The notes beneath the pieces are model-generated. The model had not been told where the DNA came from. It saw nothing but the letters and a program-made list of their open reading frames with translations, and did not search any database. A DNA stretch of 64,000 bases from positions 13,562 through 77,561 of the forward strand of contig JAFVRJ010000001.1 in assembly GCA_017504305.1 (NCBI GenBank), given 5' to 3'. Positions within the stretch are counted from its first letter, which is position 1, and each line of letters opens with the position of its first letter. The stretch is from Clostridia bacterium. GTDB lineage: Bacteria; Bacillota; Clostridia; Christensenellales; DTU072. Both the position numbers and the translations under genes were made by a program. Shown here one piece after another: positions 16,652 to 25,019 of this stretch.

Positions 16652-18727
16652 TTATGTTGCCGGTTTTGCGACCATAATTTCGCCAGCCTTGGTTGCACTC
16701 ACTTCTTCGTCGTTTAACGTATATAACTTCCAGCCTTCGGGAAGAAGGATGTTTGAAAGCTCTAAATTGTCGTACGAAGGCATAATATTGAAGCTACTTC
16801 CGGCATAATCCCATATGACGATAAAGGCGTCGTTTGTTCCAAAAACAACGGGGATTTCTTGATAAGAGCCTGCAAACGCATATTCCGTGCCCTCAAACTT
16901 TACGGTGTCGGCAGATGCATAAATGGCAACGCCATAGTTTACGCCTTCGAGCGTTCCGCCTTTTATCGTAAGCGTGCCGGAGTTGTTAACGGCAACGTCG
17001 TTAATGCCTATGAGTTTACCTCCGTTCATCGTGAAGACTGATGCTTCTTCGTTGGCAACGGTCATATATCCGGCGCCAGTTATGGTTCCGCCGTTCAAGA
17101 TGAGCGTGCCTTGATTTTTGATGGTGGTATTGTTGGTGCTTGTAATCGTTCCGCCGTCAACGGTTATGGTGCCGTCTAAATTGTGTATTGCGTTACTCGT
17201 GCCGTCGATAGTTCCGCTCTTGAGGGTTAGCTCTCCGTAGTTCATTATTGCCCAATCGCCCGTGCCTTTGATTGTACCGCCACCAATAGTAATGTTAGCG
17301 TTATTTTGCATTACGTATGAGCCCGTACCCGAAAGGGTATAGCCTGCAAGGTCAAAGTTGATGGGTTGATCTGCCGTGGCGTGAACGATGCTTGCGCCGA
17401 TATTAATATTTGCACCGAGGGTTACGTTACCGCCCTTTTGTAAAGCTTTTTGAAGCTCTTCGTAGGTATCGATAACTCCGTCGTCAACGATTTCCTCTTT
17501 AGCTATTATAGTTTCCTCTGCTTGGACCGTTTCGATGGCTTCGTCGTCATAATCATAGAGCGCCCAGCCCTCGGGGAGTATTACGTTAGAAAGAGGCATG
17601 AAGCTCGTTGCCGGTACGATTTTAAAGCTTTCGCCCTCAAATTGAGATATGTCGATACGCGCCTCGTTTGCATACCAACGTACGGGAGCGGTAAGACTAA
17701 TAAGATTTAGGTTGCCACCGACAAATTTTACCTTGCCACTAATTGCAAGAACGGCATAAGAACCGCTGATAGTTCCGTTAGCAACTGTCAACTCGCCTTC
17801 GTTGATGATTAAAGTGGTTGCGGTGCCCGAAAGAGTATAACCGGCTAAATTGAAGTTTGCCACAACGCCTGAAGGCACGTGAGCGCTTTCTATACCGAGA
17901 TTGATATTTGCGCCGAGGGTTACGTTACCGCCCAGCTCAAGTGCCGCTTGCAAGCCCTCGGCCGTCAAAACGAGGTAGGTATTGGTATCTCTATAGTAAA
18001 TATAACCGAACGAATACGGGCAGTTATCGCAAACGCCGTCTTCGTTGAAGTCTTCGTGGTTGGGTTTAGCCTCAATTGCTATTTGGCTACATGAGATACA
18101 ATATTCTGCAGTGGTGCAATCATCGTCTCCTACTTGAGGAGTGTGGGCTGGCTTCGCCTCAATCAGTACCGTGGGACAGTAAACGCATACTACCGCGGTA
18201 GTACAATCGTCGTCATCGCTTTCTTCTACGTGTTGGGGCTTGGCATACGTTAAGATAGTGGGGCAGTGGCTACAAGTTATTGCCGTGGTGCAATCGCCGT
18301 CATCCTCGTTTGCAATGTGGTTGTCCTTTGCCGGAGTAATTACCGTATGGCAAACGTTACAAACGGTAGCAGTGGTGCAATCGCCATCGTCAAGTGTCGG
18401 GACGTGGTCGGGGTTTGCATGAACTATTACCTCACCACATTGCTTGCAAGTTATTGCCGTGGTGCAATCGCCGTCGTCATCCATCGGGGAGTGTCCGGAG
18501 GAAGGTTCCCCGACTGTACCACAATTATTGCAAATTGCAGGATTGTTGCAGTCTGCCGGCTTCCATTGGTGAGATACCGCTCTACCTTGACCGCAAGAGT
18601 TGCAAGTTTCATCGCAATCATTGTCGTATACGTGGCTACAATCGGTCTCGCCACAAGCCGTTAAGCATAACGTTATGCATAGCGCAATAGCGCACGCTAT
18701 AAAAAGTGCCTTTAGTGTCTTTTTCAT
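16652..18727 (-). CDS. Cys-rich surface lipoprotein: five ~29-aa C3H repeats plus two beta-helix-like Gly/Thr-rich modules
   Basis: Lipobox LCLTAC. Repeats follow the pattern H-x5-DDGDCTTA-x2-C-x2-C (for example DDGDCTTAITCKQCGEVIVHANPDH). This is followed by duplicated segments of the type GGNVTLGANINxG...LAGYTLSGT. Confidence 0.7.
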   Translation of the reverse strand: MKKTLKALFIACAIALCITLCLTACGETDCSHVYDNDCDETCNSCGQGRAVSHQWKPADCNNPAICNNCGTVGEPSSGHSPMDDDGDCTTAITCKQCGEVIVHANPDHVPTLDDGDCTTATVCNVCHTVITPAKDNHIANEDDGDCTTAITCSHCPTILTYAKPQHVEESDDDDCTTAVVCVYCPTVLIEAKPAHTPQVGDDDCTTAEYCISCSQIAIEAKPNHEDFNEDGVCDNCPYSFGYIYYRDTNTYLVLTAEGLQAALELGGNVTLGANINLGIESAHVPSGVVANFNLAGYTLSGTATTLIINEGELTVANGTISGSYAVLAISGKVKFVGGNLNLISLTAPVRWYANEARIDISQFEGESFKIVPATSFMPLSNVILPEGWALYDYDDEAIETVQAEETIIAKEEIVDDGVIDTYEELQKALQKGGNVTLGANINIGASIVHATADQPINFDLAGYTLSGTGSYVMQNNANITIGGGTIKGTGDWAIMNYGELTLKSGTIDGTSNAIHNLDGTITVDGGTITSTNNTTIKNQGTLILNGGTITGAGYMTVANEEASVFTMNGGKLIGINDVAVNNSGTLTIKGGTLEGVNYGVAIYASADTVKFEGTEYAFAGSYQEIPVVFGTNDAFIVIWDYAGSSFNIMPSYDNLELSNILLPEGWKLYTLNDEEVSATKAGEIMVAKPAT
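18050..18505 (-). repeat. in-frame 87-bp tandem coding repeats (C3H modules)
   Basis: GGTGCAATCGCC(G/A)TC recurs at about 18288, 18375 and 18462, an 87-bp period that corresponds to the DGDCTTA repeats. Confidence 0.7.
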
Positions 18728-18798
18728 AATTTCCCTCTTTTTATTAATTAGCTTTAACTATTATAGAACACCAATCTATAAAACTCAATCAATTTGGG

Positions 18799-19326
18799 CT
18801 ATTGGTTATTTAATCTACTTATCTCAAAGAGCTTTAAAAGCGGTCTAAAAAATACCGAAAGAGTTATAATCGCAAAGATAACTTGCGGTAACGTAGCATA
18901 AAGCGAGGTAGTAGCGTAGCCAATGGCGGAATTACGATCAAGCCCATAGTAAAGTGGGGTAATAAGGTTATCGAGAGCGGTAAACAACACTACGCAGAGG
19001 ACGGCAACCATTATTACCAAAACGTGGTGTTTGGGGGTTGCTTTGTGCTTAAAGCGGTTACCTATAAGCCCGAATATCGTAACAAACAGCGGATAGTAAA
19101 TAAGGTATAAAATTATTACGCTTGGCATAAAGCCAAACAAAAAACATCTTAATATCGAAAAGGCTACCGCGACTATTAACGATCTCTTAATACCAAAGTA
19201 AAAGGCAAAGCTTGCAAGGAGTACGGTAACGACCTCTATGCCGGATATTGCAGATAGCGCAACCTGCCCACCTATAAGGAGGGCTACGTAAACGCCTATT
19301 AAAGCTATCTCTTTGGTCTTACTCAT
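18799..19326 (-). CDS. ECF-transporter S-component-like membrane protein (putative cobalamin-specific, CbrT-like)
   Basis: About 175 aa with six hydrophobic helices. TAATG coupling to the upstream DUF4430 gene, and it lies downstream of a cobalamin riboswitch. I chose the start at 19326 rather than the track start at 19347. Confidence 0.55.
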   Translation of the reverse strand: MSKTKEIALIGVYVALLIGGQVALSAISGIEVVTVLLASFAFYFGIKRSLIVAVAFSILRCFLFGFMPSVIILYLIYYPLFVTIFGLIGNRFKHKATPKHHVLVIMVAVLCVVLFTALDNLITPLYYGLDRNSAIGYATTSLYATLPQVIFAIITLSVFFRPLLKLFEISRLNNQ

Positions 19327-19715
19327 TAAAACGATTGATATACCCAAATATAAAGGTAGTCTTTGTTGATTTTTAAGCTTTCGGCGCCGAGGGTGGCAGA
19401 GCCCAAAGTTTTATCTTTATATTGATACGTACCCCAAGCGGAATTTGAAAAGTTAGGATCATCGGTATAAAGCATCCAATAGCTATTGAGGGAGTTGTGG
19501 ATATCGTTAATTTCGGTAATCATACCGTTTTCGACCTCATAATCGAGCTTATCCTTTTCGTCGAGATACTCCATATAATCGATAAGAGTATCGCCGGAAG
19601 CGAGGTCGTAGTTATTGTCAATGGTAATAACGACTTCGTTTTTATTTTTGGAACATCCTGCAATCCCTGCGGTAAGGATAACGGCGATAAGCAACAATAC
19701 GGCGAATTTCTTCAT
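19326..19715 (-). CDS. DUF4430-like lipoprotein (transcobalamin-like fold family)
   Basis: MKKFAVLLLIAVILTAGIAGC lipobox. The pattern LxDYM...NGMITEINDIHN...YWMLY...LGA is typical of DUF4430 as I recall it. Start at 19715 with a GGAGG RBS. Confidence 0.6.
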   Translation of the reverse strand: MKKFAVLLLIAVILTAGIAGCSKNKNEVVITIDNNYDLASGDTLIDYMEYLDEKDKLDYEVENGMITEINDIHNSLNSYWMLYTDDPNFSNSAWGTYQYKDKTLGSATLGAESLKINKDYLYIWVYQSF

Positions 19716-19728
19716 AAATGCCTCCAAA

Positions 19729-19905
19729 CAAAAAATTGCGCGGAAATCTCGCACGCAAAAGAAAAGTATTGCTACTTAATGCCCTATTCTTCCTTGTCCA
19801 AGATATCAGCATGCTACGGGCGGATAGGTAATCGGACTTTAACCGTAATGACTGTTGCGACGGATTTCTACCGTGCTTCCCCTACTTTTAGTAAAAACAA
19901 TTCGC
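19729..19905 (-). promoter_or_regulatory. cobalamin riboswitch (class-II/AdoCbl-variant-like) with terminator expression platform
   Basis: The minus strand reads GUAGGGGAAGCACGGUAGAAAUCCGUCGCAACAGUCAUUACGGUUAAAGUCCGAUUACCUAUCCGCC. This closely parallels the env8-type Cbl riboswitch core as I remember it (GGGAA, GUGAAAUUCGUC, ACGGUUAUACUCCGAAUGCCACC). It is followed by hairpin TTGCGTGCG-AGATTTC-CGCGCAA and a T-run (19757-19729). Confidence 0.65.
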
Positions 19906-19965
19906 GCCCTGTATTAATTTACCTAATTGTACCACGATATAAAATACTTTTCAATGGTTATCGCC

Positions 19966-19996
19966 AACAAAAAAGGCACTCTTGCGAGTGCCTTTT
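19966..19996 (-). terminator. rho-independent terminator of the 1238-aa surface protein gene
   Basis: On the minus strand: AAGGCACTC-GCAA-GAGTGCCTT followed by TTTTTTGTT. Confidence 0.75.
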
Positions 19997-20013
19997 GAGA
20001 ATTATTGATTGGG

Positions 20014-23000
20014 CTAAACCGTTTCGTAAACAACTTCTATTGCCGTAACTTTTGCTTGACCATTGGTTTTTGTTCCCGTATTACCAACGCCAAACGTAAT
20101 AGATGTTGAATTTACCTCCACTATGGTTCCAGAGCTTACATTAGAACCATTATACGTTAAACACCCTGTGTTTGAAACGTTATATGTTATTTTAACCGAA
20201 ACTATTTTATATCCTTCCGCGACTTCTATTTTGAAACTCGGTGATTCCGTTTGGTATAGCCTGTACTCAGAACCACTATCGTAGTACTTACCAGTATTAT
20301 CTTTGCCACTTGAGGTTACGGTTACAACATCATCTAATTTAAATGAACTATATTTATTAGAATTAGACCAACCGTTTTCCGTCTTTAAAGTTGCGATGGT
20401 TTTGTTTACGGTTGTCTTTACCCCGGCGGGTGTTTCAGGTTCAGACGATCCCATATCCTTATCGCAAGTATCGCACTTGTTGTCGGAATCGTTATCTGCG
20501 TGCTCGCCGGTTGCAGGGATTTCTTCGCCACCTGAAATATAGTTTCCGCAATCATTACACCAAATACCAGCGGTTATGCCAGCCTCAATACAGGTAGGTG
20601 CAACTTCTTCCTTTTCTTCGGTGTTTTCGTGTTCGCCGGTTGCAGGGATTTCTTCGCCACCTGAAATATAACTTTCACAATCATTACACCAAGTACCGGC
20701 CTCTCTTCCTTCTTCAGCGCACGTGGGAGCTTTATAGGCATCTTCTCTTACGTCAGTATGCTTGCAAGGTGGAGCAATATAAATTACTTCGATTGCGGTA
20801 ATACGAACTTGACCATTTGTTGCCGTGCCGGTATTACCTACTCCAAAGGTAATAGTTGTATTGTTAACGTTAACTACACTTCCCGACGTTACGTTGTTAC
20901 CATTGAGCGTTAGGATGCCGGTCTTGTCTCTGCTATACGTTATCTTAACCGAAACGATACTACCACTACCACCCTCTGCCACAGATAGCGTTAAGGCAGG
21001 ATTTTCGGTTTGATAAAATCTCCAGTTGGTACCGCTTGTATAATATTTACCGGTATTTCCACCGCCTTTAGCCGTTGCTGTAATGTTTTTATCAATATTT
21101 ACAGCTTCGTATTTTGTGTCGTTTGCCCAACCAGTGGCATCGGCATAGTCTGCGATAGTTACGTTTACCGTCTTCTTCGTCGAGGCACAAGTGGGGCAAA
21201 CGTTACCTTGAGTAAAGTCGTGGTCTTTTTTACTATCAGCTACAACGTGGCCACAGCCTTCGCGCTTGCAATAAGCATCTTGCATGCAAGTTGCTTCAAC
21301 CATATCGTGACCAAGAGCAGAGTCTTCTTCAACGTAACCACAGCCTTCGCGTTGACACTTGGCATCTGTAACACAGTCGCCAGTTGTCATATCGTGACCA
21401 AGTGCGGGAATCTCGGTTTGAGCGACTAAAACCTCGTTGCATACCGAGCAGTGCTTGCCTTCGGTAAGACCGCTTTCAGTACAAGTTGCGGCTACGGCTT
21501 GGTCGACAACTTCAGAGTGACCATTCTTTGGAACTACGTTGTCCGTCTTTGTTCCATTACATAAAGTGCAAGTATAAGTGGTGTAGCCGTCTGCAGTACA
21601 AGTAGGTGCGGTTACTACGCCATCATCATACTCGTGATCGCTTACTATGTAAGCGCCCTCAACAAGCAAGCTGTGAACACCTTCTACAAGCTTATTGGTA
21701 TAGGTGCCGTCTCCTTGATGGTTTGCAGGGTTGAACGCTACGTACTCACCGCCGTATACGTTGATTTCTGCCCAAATCTCTTCATCTTCACCTTCCCAAA
21801 TATCAAGGGTGTAAAGGTATCCGTAGCTATTATCTTCCGCAACGAACTTGCCATCGAAAACGTTGATTACGGAGTTGGTGCGTGCGTAAATAGTGGTGCA
21901 TCCGGATGATACGTATTCGCCACCATAGATGTTGACGGTTGCGCCGTCAATAGCGGAAAGTACGCATACCGTTTGGGCTTCACTGTGTGTTGCCAAGAGT
22001 TTGCCGTCGCCGTTAATATTAAACGTTACGTCGCCTTGTACGAGGAATACGTCACAAACGGACTTTGTGCCGACTACAGACTCGGTGCTCTTTGCAACGT
22101 TAGATGTAATGGTCTTACCATTGAGGTATAAGGTTGCATCTTTAGTGATGGTAATAACGCCATTGTCAAGAGTGATATTGTCTTCCAAAATAACCGCGTA
22201 GCCACCACCGTTGAGGACGGCCTCAAGGTCGGATGCATTGGATACTGCAATGGTTGCAGTGTTATCAACGTCATCTAATACTTGAGAAGTTCCGCAGGCG
22301 CACTCTCTAACGAGCTTTAATACGCCGTCGATGATTTGATAAGACTTGATATTGTGGTTGTGATTGAGTTTAGAAATAGGACGGGTTACAACGTGGGTTG
22401 CATCGTTTGCGCAAACTTGCTTTTCTTCACCTTCTGAAGTGCAGGTTGCAGGGGTTACTACTTCCCATGCGCCATATTCGTGAGCATTTTCATCGACGTC
22501 AACGTAATTGTCTTTTATTTCGTGACCACAACCACAAGTATAAGTGGTATAACCTTGTGCCATACAGGTGGGTGCGGTTACTACGCCAGTATCGTAATTA
22601 TGACCAGTAGCATCAATAGGCTCGGTCTTGGTGTGTGCGCTATCGTTTGCGCACTCGTAACCCATAGTGCCTTCAGTAGTACAGGTAGGCTCTAAAATAA
22701 CGCCGGTTTCTTGCCAATCGTGACCGAGCTTTGCTTCGGTGTAATCACAATTATCGCGCTTGCAATAACCATCATTTTCGCAATCAGCTTCTACCATATC
22801 GTGGCCAAGAGGATCACCAAAAGTAAAGGTGCTGGAAAGGTTTTCGTCATGTTCGCCACATACGCAAGAAGTGTAATATACGGCTCCCGATTCGCAAGTT
22901 GCCGGAGCCTTAAGGTGCTTTTCTTCTGCATTTCTATTCTCGTAGTTGTGGCCTGCAGGCTCGCCTACTTCAAAGGTTTTCGAAAGGGTTTCATCAAAAG

Positions 23001-23730
23001 CTCCGCAAACGCAAGACTTGTAGTAGATTGCACCGAAAGTGCAGTTTGCTCCGCTCTTTAAGTACTCGTCGTCAACCTTTTCTTGATCGTAAACGTGGTC
23101 TTTAAGTTCACCGTATGCGTTACCGCAAACAGCGCAAATTGCAAGCTCATCACAACGGTTACTGCCACCTGAACAAGCTTCGGTTATTACGTGGCTATCA
23201 TCGTTAGCGCATACCTTTTTGTGGTTGCCGTTTTCGCCTTGAATCCACTCGCCGTATGCGTGTCCTACCGCACTCACTTCTTCAGTCTTTGTATGGCTAC
23301 CGTCGTTTAAGCAGGTATAGGTTTTAACGCCCGTTCCCTCACAGGTTGGTGCGGTGGTTACCTTGCCTTCATCCCAACTGTGTCCAAGAGCAGGTATTAC
23401 CGTACCTTCCTCTTGATAATCACAACGAGAGCATCCTAGCTTGCCAGTGAATCCTTCCCCTTCGCAAGTAGCGCTAATACCGCTATTGTCTTTAACAACG
23501 AGATCGTGACCAAGAGGCTCGATATCAACTTGTTGGCTCTTTCCACATACCGAACATCTTTGGAGTGCTTTGCCGGACTCTGTGCAAGAAGCCCCTCCCA
23601 TTACTATCTCGTTTTCCCAAACGTGCTCGGTGCATTGTTCTCCCTCTAAATCAACGGGGGAACAGGCACTAATAGTAAGTGCGAGCGCGCCAATTAGAAC
23701 GACTACCAAGATAATTAAGCGACGTGACAT
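20014..23730 (-). CDS. giant Cys/His-rich surface lipoprotein (about 1238 aa) with many GH-x-C-x-C modules, a beta-helix-like middle and two C-terminal ~125-aa repeats
   Basis: Start at 23730 (AAGGAGAA RBS; MSRRLIILVVVLIGALALTISAC lipobox). Modules of the type LGHSWDEGKVTTAPTCEGTGVKTYTCLNDGSHTKTEEVSAVGH recur. There is a duplicated domain TVN(V/K)TIA...NTGKYY.SG...R.YQTE.P...V.(S/G)VKITY. Confidence 0.7.
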   Translation of the reverse strand: MSRRLIILVVVLIGALALTISACSPVDLEGEQCTEHVWENEIVMGGASCTESGKALQRCSVCGKSQQVDIEPLGHDLVVKDNSGISATCEGEGFTGKLGCSRCDYQEEGTVIPALGHSWDEGKVTTAPTCEGTGVKTYTCLNDGSHTKTEEVSAVGHAYGEWIQGENGNHKKVCANDDSHVITEACSGGSNRCDELAICAVCGNAYGELKDHVYDQEKVDDEYLKSGANCTFGAIYYKSCVCGAFDETLSKTFEVGEPAGHNYENRNAEEKHLKAPATCESGAVYYTSCVCGEHDENLSSTFTFGDPLGHDMVEADCENDGYCKRDNCDYTEAKLGHDWQETGVILEPTCTTEGTMGYECANDSAHTKTEPIDATGHNYDTGVVTAPTCMAQGYTTYTCGCGHEIKDNYVDVDENAHEYGAWEVVTPATCTSEGEEKQVCANDATHVVTRPISKLNHNHNIKSYQIIDGVLKLVRECACGTSQVLDDVDNTATIAVSNASDLEAVLNGGGYAVILEDNITLDNGVITITKDATLYLNGKTITSNVAKSTESVVGTKSVCDVFLVQGDVTFNINGDGKLLATHSEAQTVCVLSAIDGATVNIYGGEYVSSGCTTIYARTNSVINVFDGKFVAEDNSYGYLYTLDIWEGEDEEIWAEINVYGGEYVAFNPANHQGDGTYTNKLVEGVHSLLVEGAYIVSDHEYDDGVVTAPTCTADGYTTYTCTLCNGTKTDNVVPKNGHSEVVDQAVAATCTESGLTEGKHCSVCNEVLVAQTEIPALGHDMTTGDCVTDAKCQREGCGYVEEDSALGHDMVEATCMQDAYCKREGCGHVVADSKKDHDFTQGNVCPTCASTKKTVNVTIADYADATGWANDTKYEAVNIDKNITATAKGGGNTGKYYTSGTNWRFYQTENPALTLSVAEGGSGSIVSVKITYSRDKTGILTLNGNNVTSGSVVNVNNTTITFGVGNTGTATNGQVRITAIEVIYIAPPCKHTDVREDAYKAPTCAEEGREAGTWCNDCESYISGGEEIPATGEHENTEEKEEVAPTCIEAGITAGIWCNDCGNYISGGEEIPATGEHADNDSDNKCDTCDKDMGSSEPETPAGVKTTVNKTIATLKTENGWSNSNKYSSFKLDDVVTVTSSGKDNTGKYYDSGSEYRLYQTESPSFKIEVAEGYKIVSVKITYNVSNTGCLTYNGSNVSSGTIVEVNSTSITFGVGNTGTKTNGQAKVTAIEVVYETV

Positions 23731-23949
23731 ACCCTTTTCTCCTTTGTGAGTATTAAAAAACCACAGGCGCAGTGTGCCTGTGGTCATAGAGTTAGTTTTG
23801 TGCGGTTGAAAGAGTATCCATTTGGAAACGGAAACAATGCATGCGTTTTAATCGTAAAAAGCAATGCTTACCCACCTCGATACTCCTTCCTCAACGATGT
23901 ACTATATAAAGTATAACAACTATAGTATTATAAAGCAAGTAAAAGTTAC

Positions 23950-23992
23950 TTTTATTTTGCGCACGCTCGCTTAAAAAAAATTGATATATTTG
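23950..23992 (+). repeat. ~40-bp direct repeat, copy 1 (flanks the small XRE gene)
   Basis: TTTTATTTTGCGCACGCTCGCTTAAAAAAAATTGATATATTT. Compare with the copy at 24375-24414. Confidence 0.65.
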
Positions 23993-24078
23993 CTCCCCTC
24001 TATGCGTATAACTGCCCTATCTCTACGTTAAAAGATTGTTGCATAGCGCCCTCCATCGATTTTATTGATTATATTTTA

Positions 24079-24124
24079 TACGAGTGTTGCTCGTAAGTCA
24101 ACATAATTACGAGATTGGCTCGTA
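24079..24124. promoter_or_regulatory. two TACGAG-N5-CTCGTA palindromes (putative operator pair) just upstream of the XRE gene
   Basis: TACGAGTGTTGCTCGTA at 24079-24095 and TACGAGATTGGCTCGTA at 24108-24124, with centres 29 bp apart. The second ends 10 nt before the ATG at 24135. Confidence 0.6.
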
Positions 24125-24134
24125 CAATAATGGT

Positions 24135-24344
24135 ATGAAAGATACTATTGGTAATCGCATAAAGGAAATACGTCAAGAAGCTAAACTTAATCAGTCGGAG
24201 TTTGGCAAATTGCTAAACGTCTCACAAGACACCGTTTCCCTTTGGGAAAACGGCAAAAGTTTACCACTTGTCGAACACGTTATCACGATTGCAAATACCT
24301 TTAACGTTTCGAGTGATTTTATCTTATGTATTAAGGATTTTTAA
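24135..24344 (+). CDS. XRE family helix-turn-helix transcriptional regulator (69 aa)
   Basis: MKDTIGNRIKEIRQEAKLNQSEFGKLLNVSQDTVSLWENGKSLP is a canonical HTH_3 pattern. The track start at 24084 would run through the operator palindromes. Confidence 0.85.
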   Translation: MKDTIGNRIKEIRQEAKLNQSEFGKLLNVSQDTVSLWENGKSLPLVEHVITIANTFNVSSDFILCIKDF

Positions 24345-24348
24345 TATA

Positions 24349-24385
24349 AAAGGAACGGCATCCCGTTCCTTTTGTTTTATTTTTA
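24349..24385 (+). terminator. rho-independent terminator of the XRE gene
   Basis: AAAGGAACGG-CATC-CCGTTCCTTT followed by a TGTTTTATTTTT tract. Confidence 0.7.
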
Positions 24386-24414
24386 CGCACGCTCGCTTAA
24401 AACATTGATATTTA
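24375..24414 (+). repeat. ~40-bp direct repeat, copy 2
   Basis: TTTTATTTTTACGCACGCTCGCTTAAAACATTGATATTTA. It shares the core CGCACGCTCGCTTAAAA and ATTGATAT with copy 1. Confidence 0.65.
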
Positions 24415-24885
24415 TTACGCTTCGTTAACAAGTTTGCCCGTCATAGATTCAATTTCTAAACAAAGAACTACCGTATTCCTTTTGTATTGGGCAATCTCGT
24501 TAAAAATATACTCCGTATCGCTTGTAAACCGTTTGGAAAAGGCTACCATTAACTCCTCCGTCCAGTCGTTTACAACCCGAATACGTCCAAAAATTACAAC
24601 GCTTTTGACGTTCAAAGACCAATGTCCCTCCTTTTGAACGCCCTTGTCGTAAACACAAAAGGATACCTTGTCGCTCGTTGCAATCGCATCCATCTTGTGC
24701 CCGACCTTTCCGCTGTGAAAATAAATCTTATTGCTTTCTTCGTCAAAATAATAATTGATGGGTAATGCGTACGGGTAGCCACCCTCTCCGTTGACGGCAA
24801 GCACCCCTCTTAACTCATTATTAAGTATCGCCTTGCACTCTGCAATAGATAGTTGTTGCTTCTTTCTCGTTAATTCTCTAAACAC
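24415..24885 (-). CDS. pyridoxamine 5'-phosphate oxidase family protein (Pyridox_ox_2 type)
   Basis: The 156-aa protein has RGVLAVNGEGGYPYALPINYYFDEESNKIYFHSGKVGHK, typical of this flavin-binding split-barrel family. Confidence 0.75.
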   Translation of the reverse strand: MFRELTRKKQQLSIAECKAILNNELRGVLAVNGEGGYPYALPINYYFDEESNKIYFHSGKVGHKMDAIATSDKVSFCVYDKGVQKEGHWSLNVKSVVIFGRIRVVNDWTEELMVAFSKRFTSDTEYIFNEIAQYKRNTVVLCLEIESMTGKLVNEA

Positions 24886-24970
24886 TACGCCCTCTTAAAC
24901 GGTTGTTTGATTCTTCGTTAGTTATAACAAATAAATGGGAAAATTTCAAGACCTTTTCTTTTTTAAAAGA

Positions 24971-24997
24971 AAAACTCGACCTTTTAAGTCGAGTTTT
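24971..24997 (-). terminator. terminator hairpin downstream of the MFS gene (bidirectional shape)
   Basis: AAAACTCGAC-CTTTTAA-GTCGAGTTTT with flanking A and T runs. Confidence 0.65.
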
Positions 24998-25019
24998 AGG
25001 TGGTTTAGTTTTCTATGGC

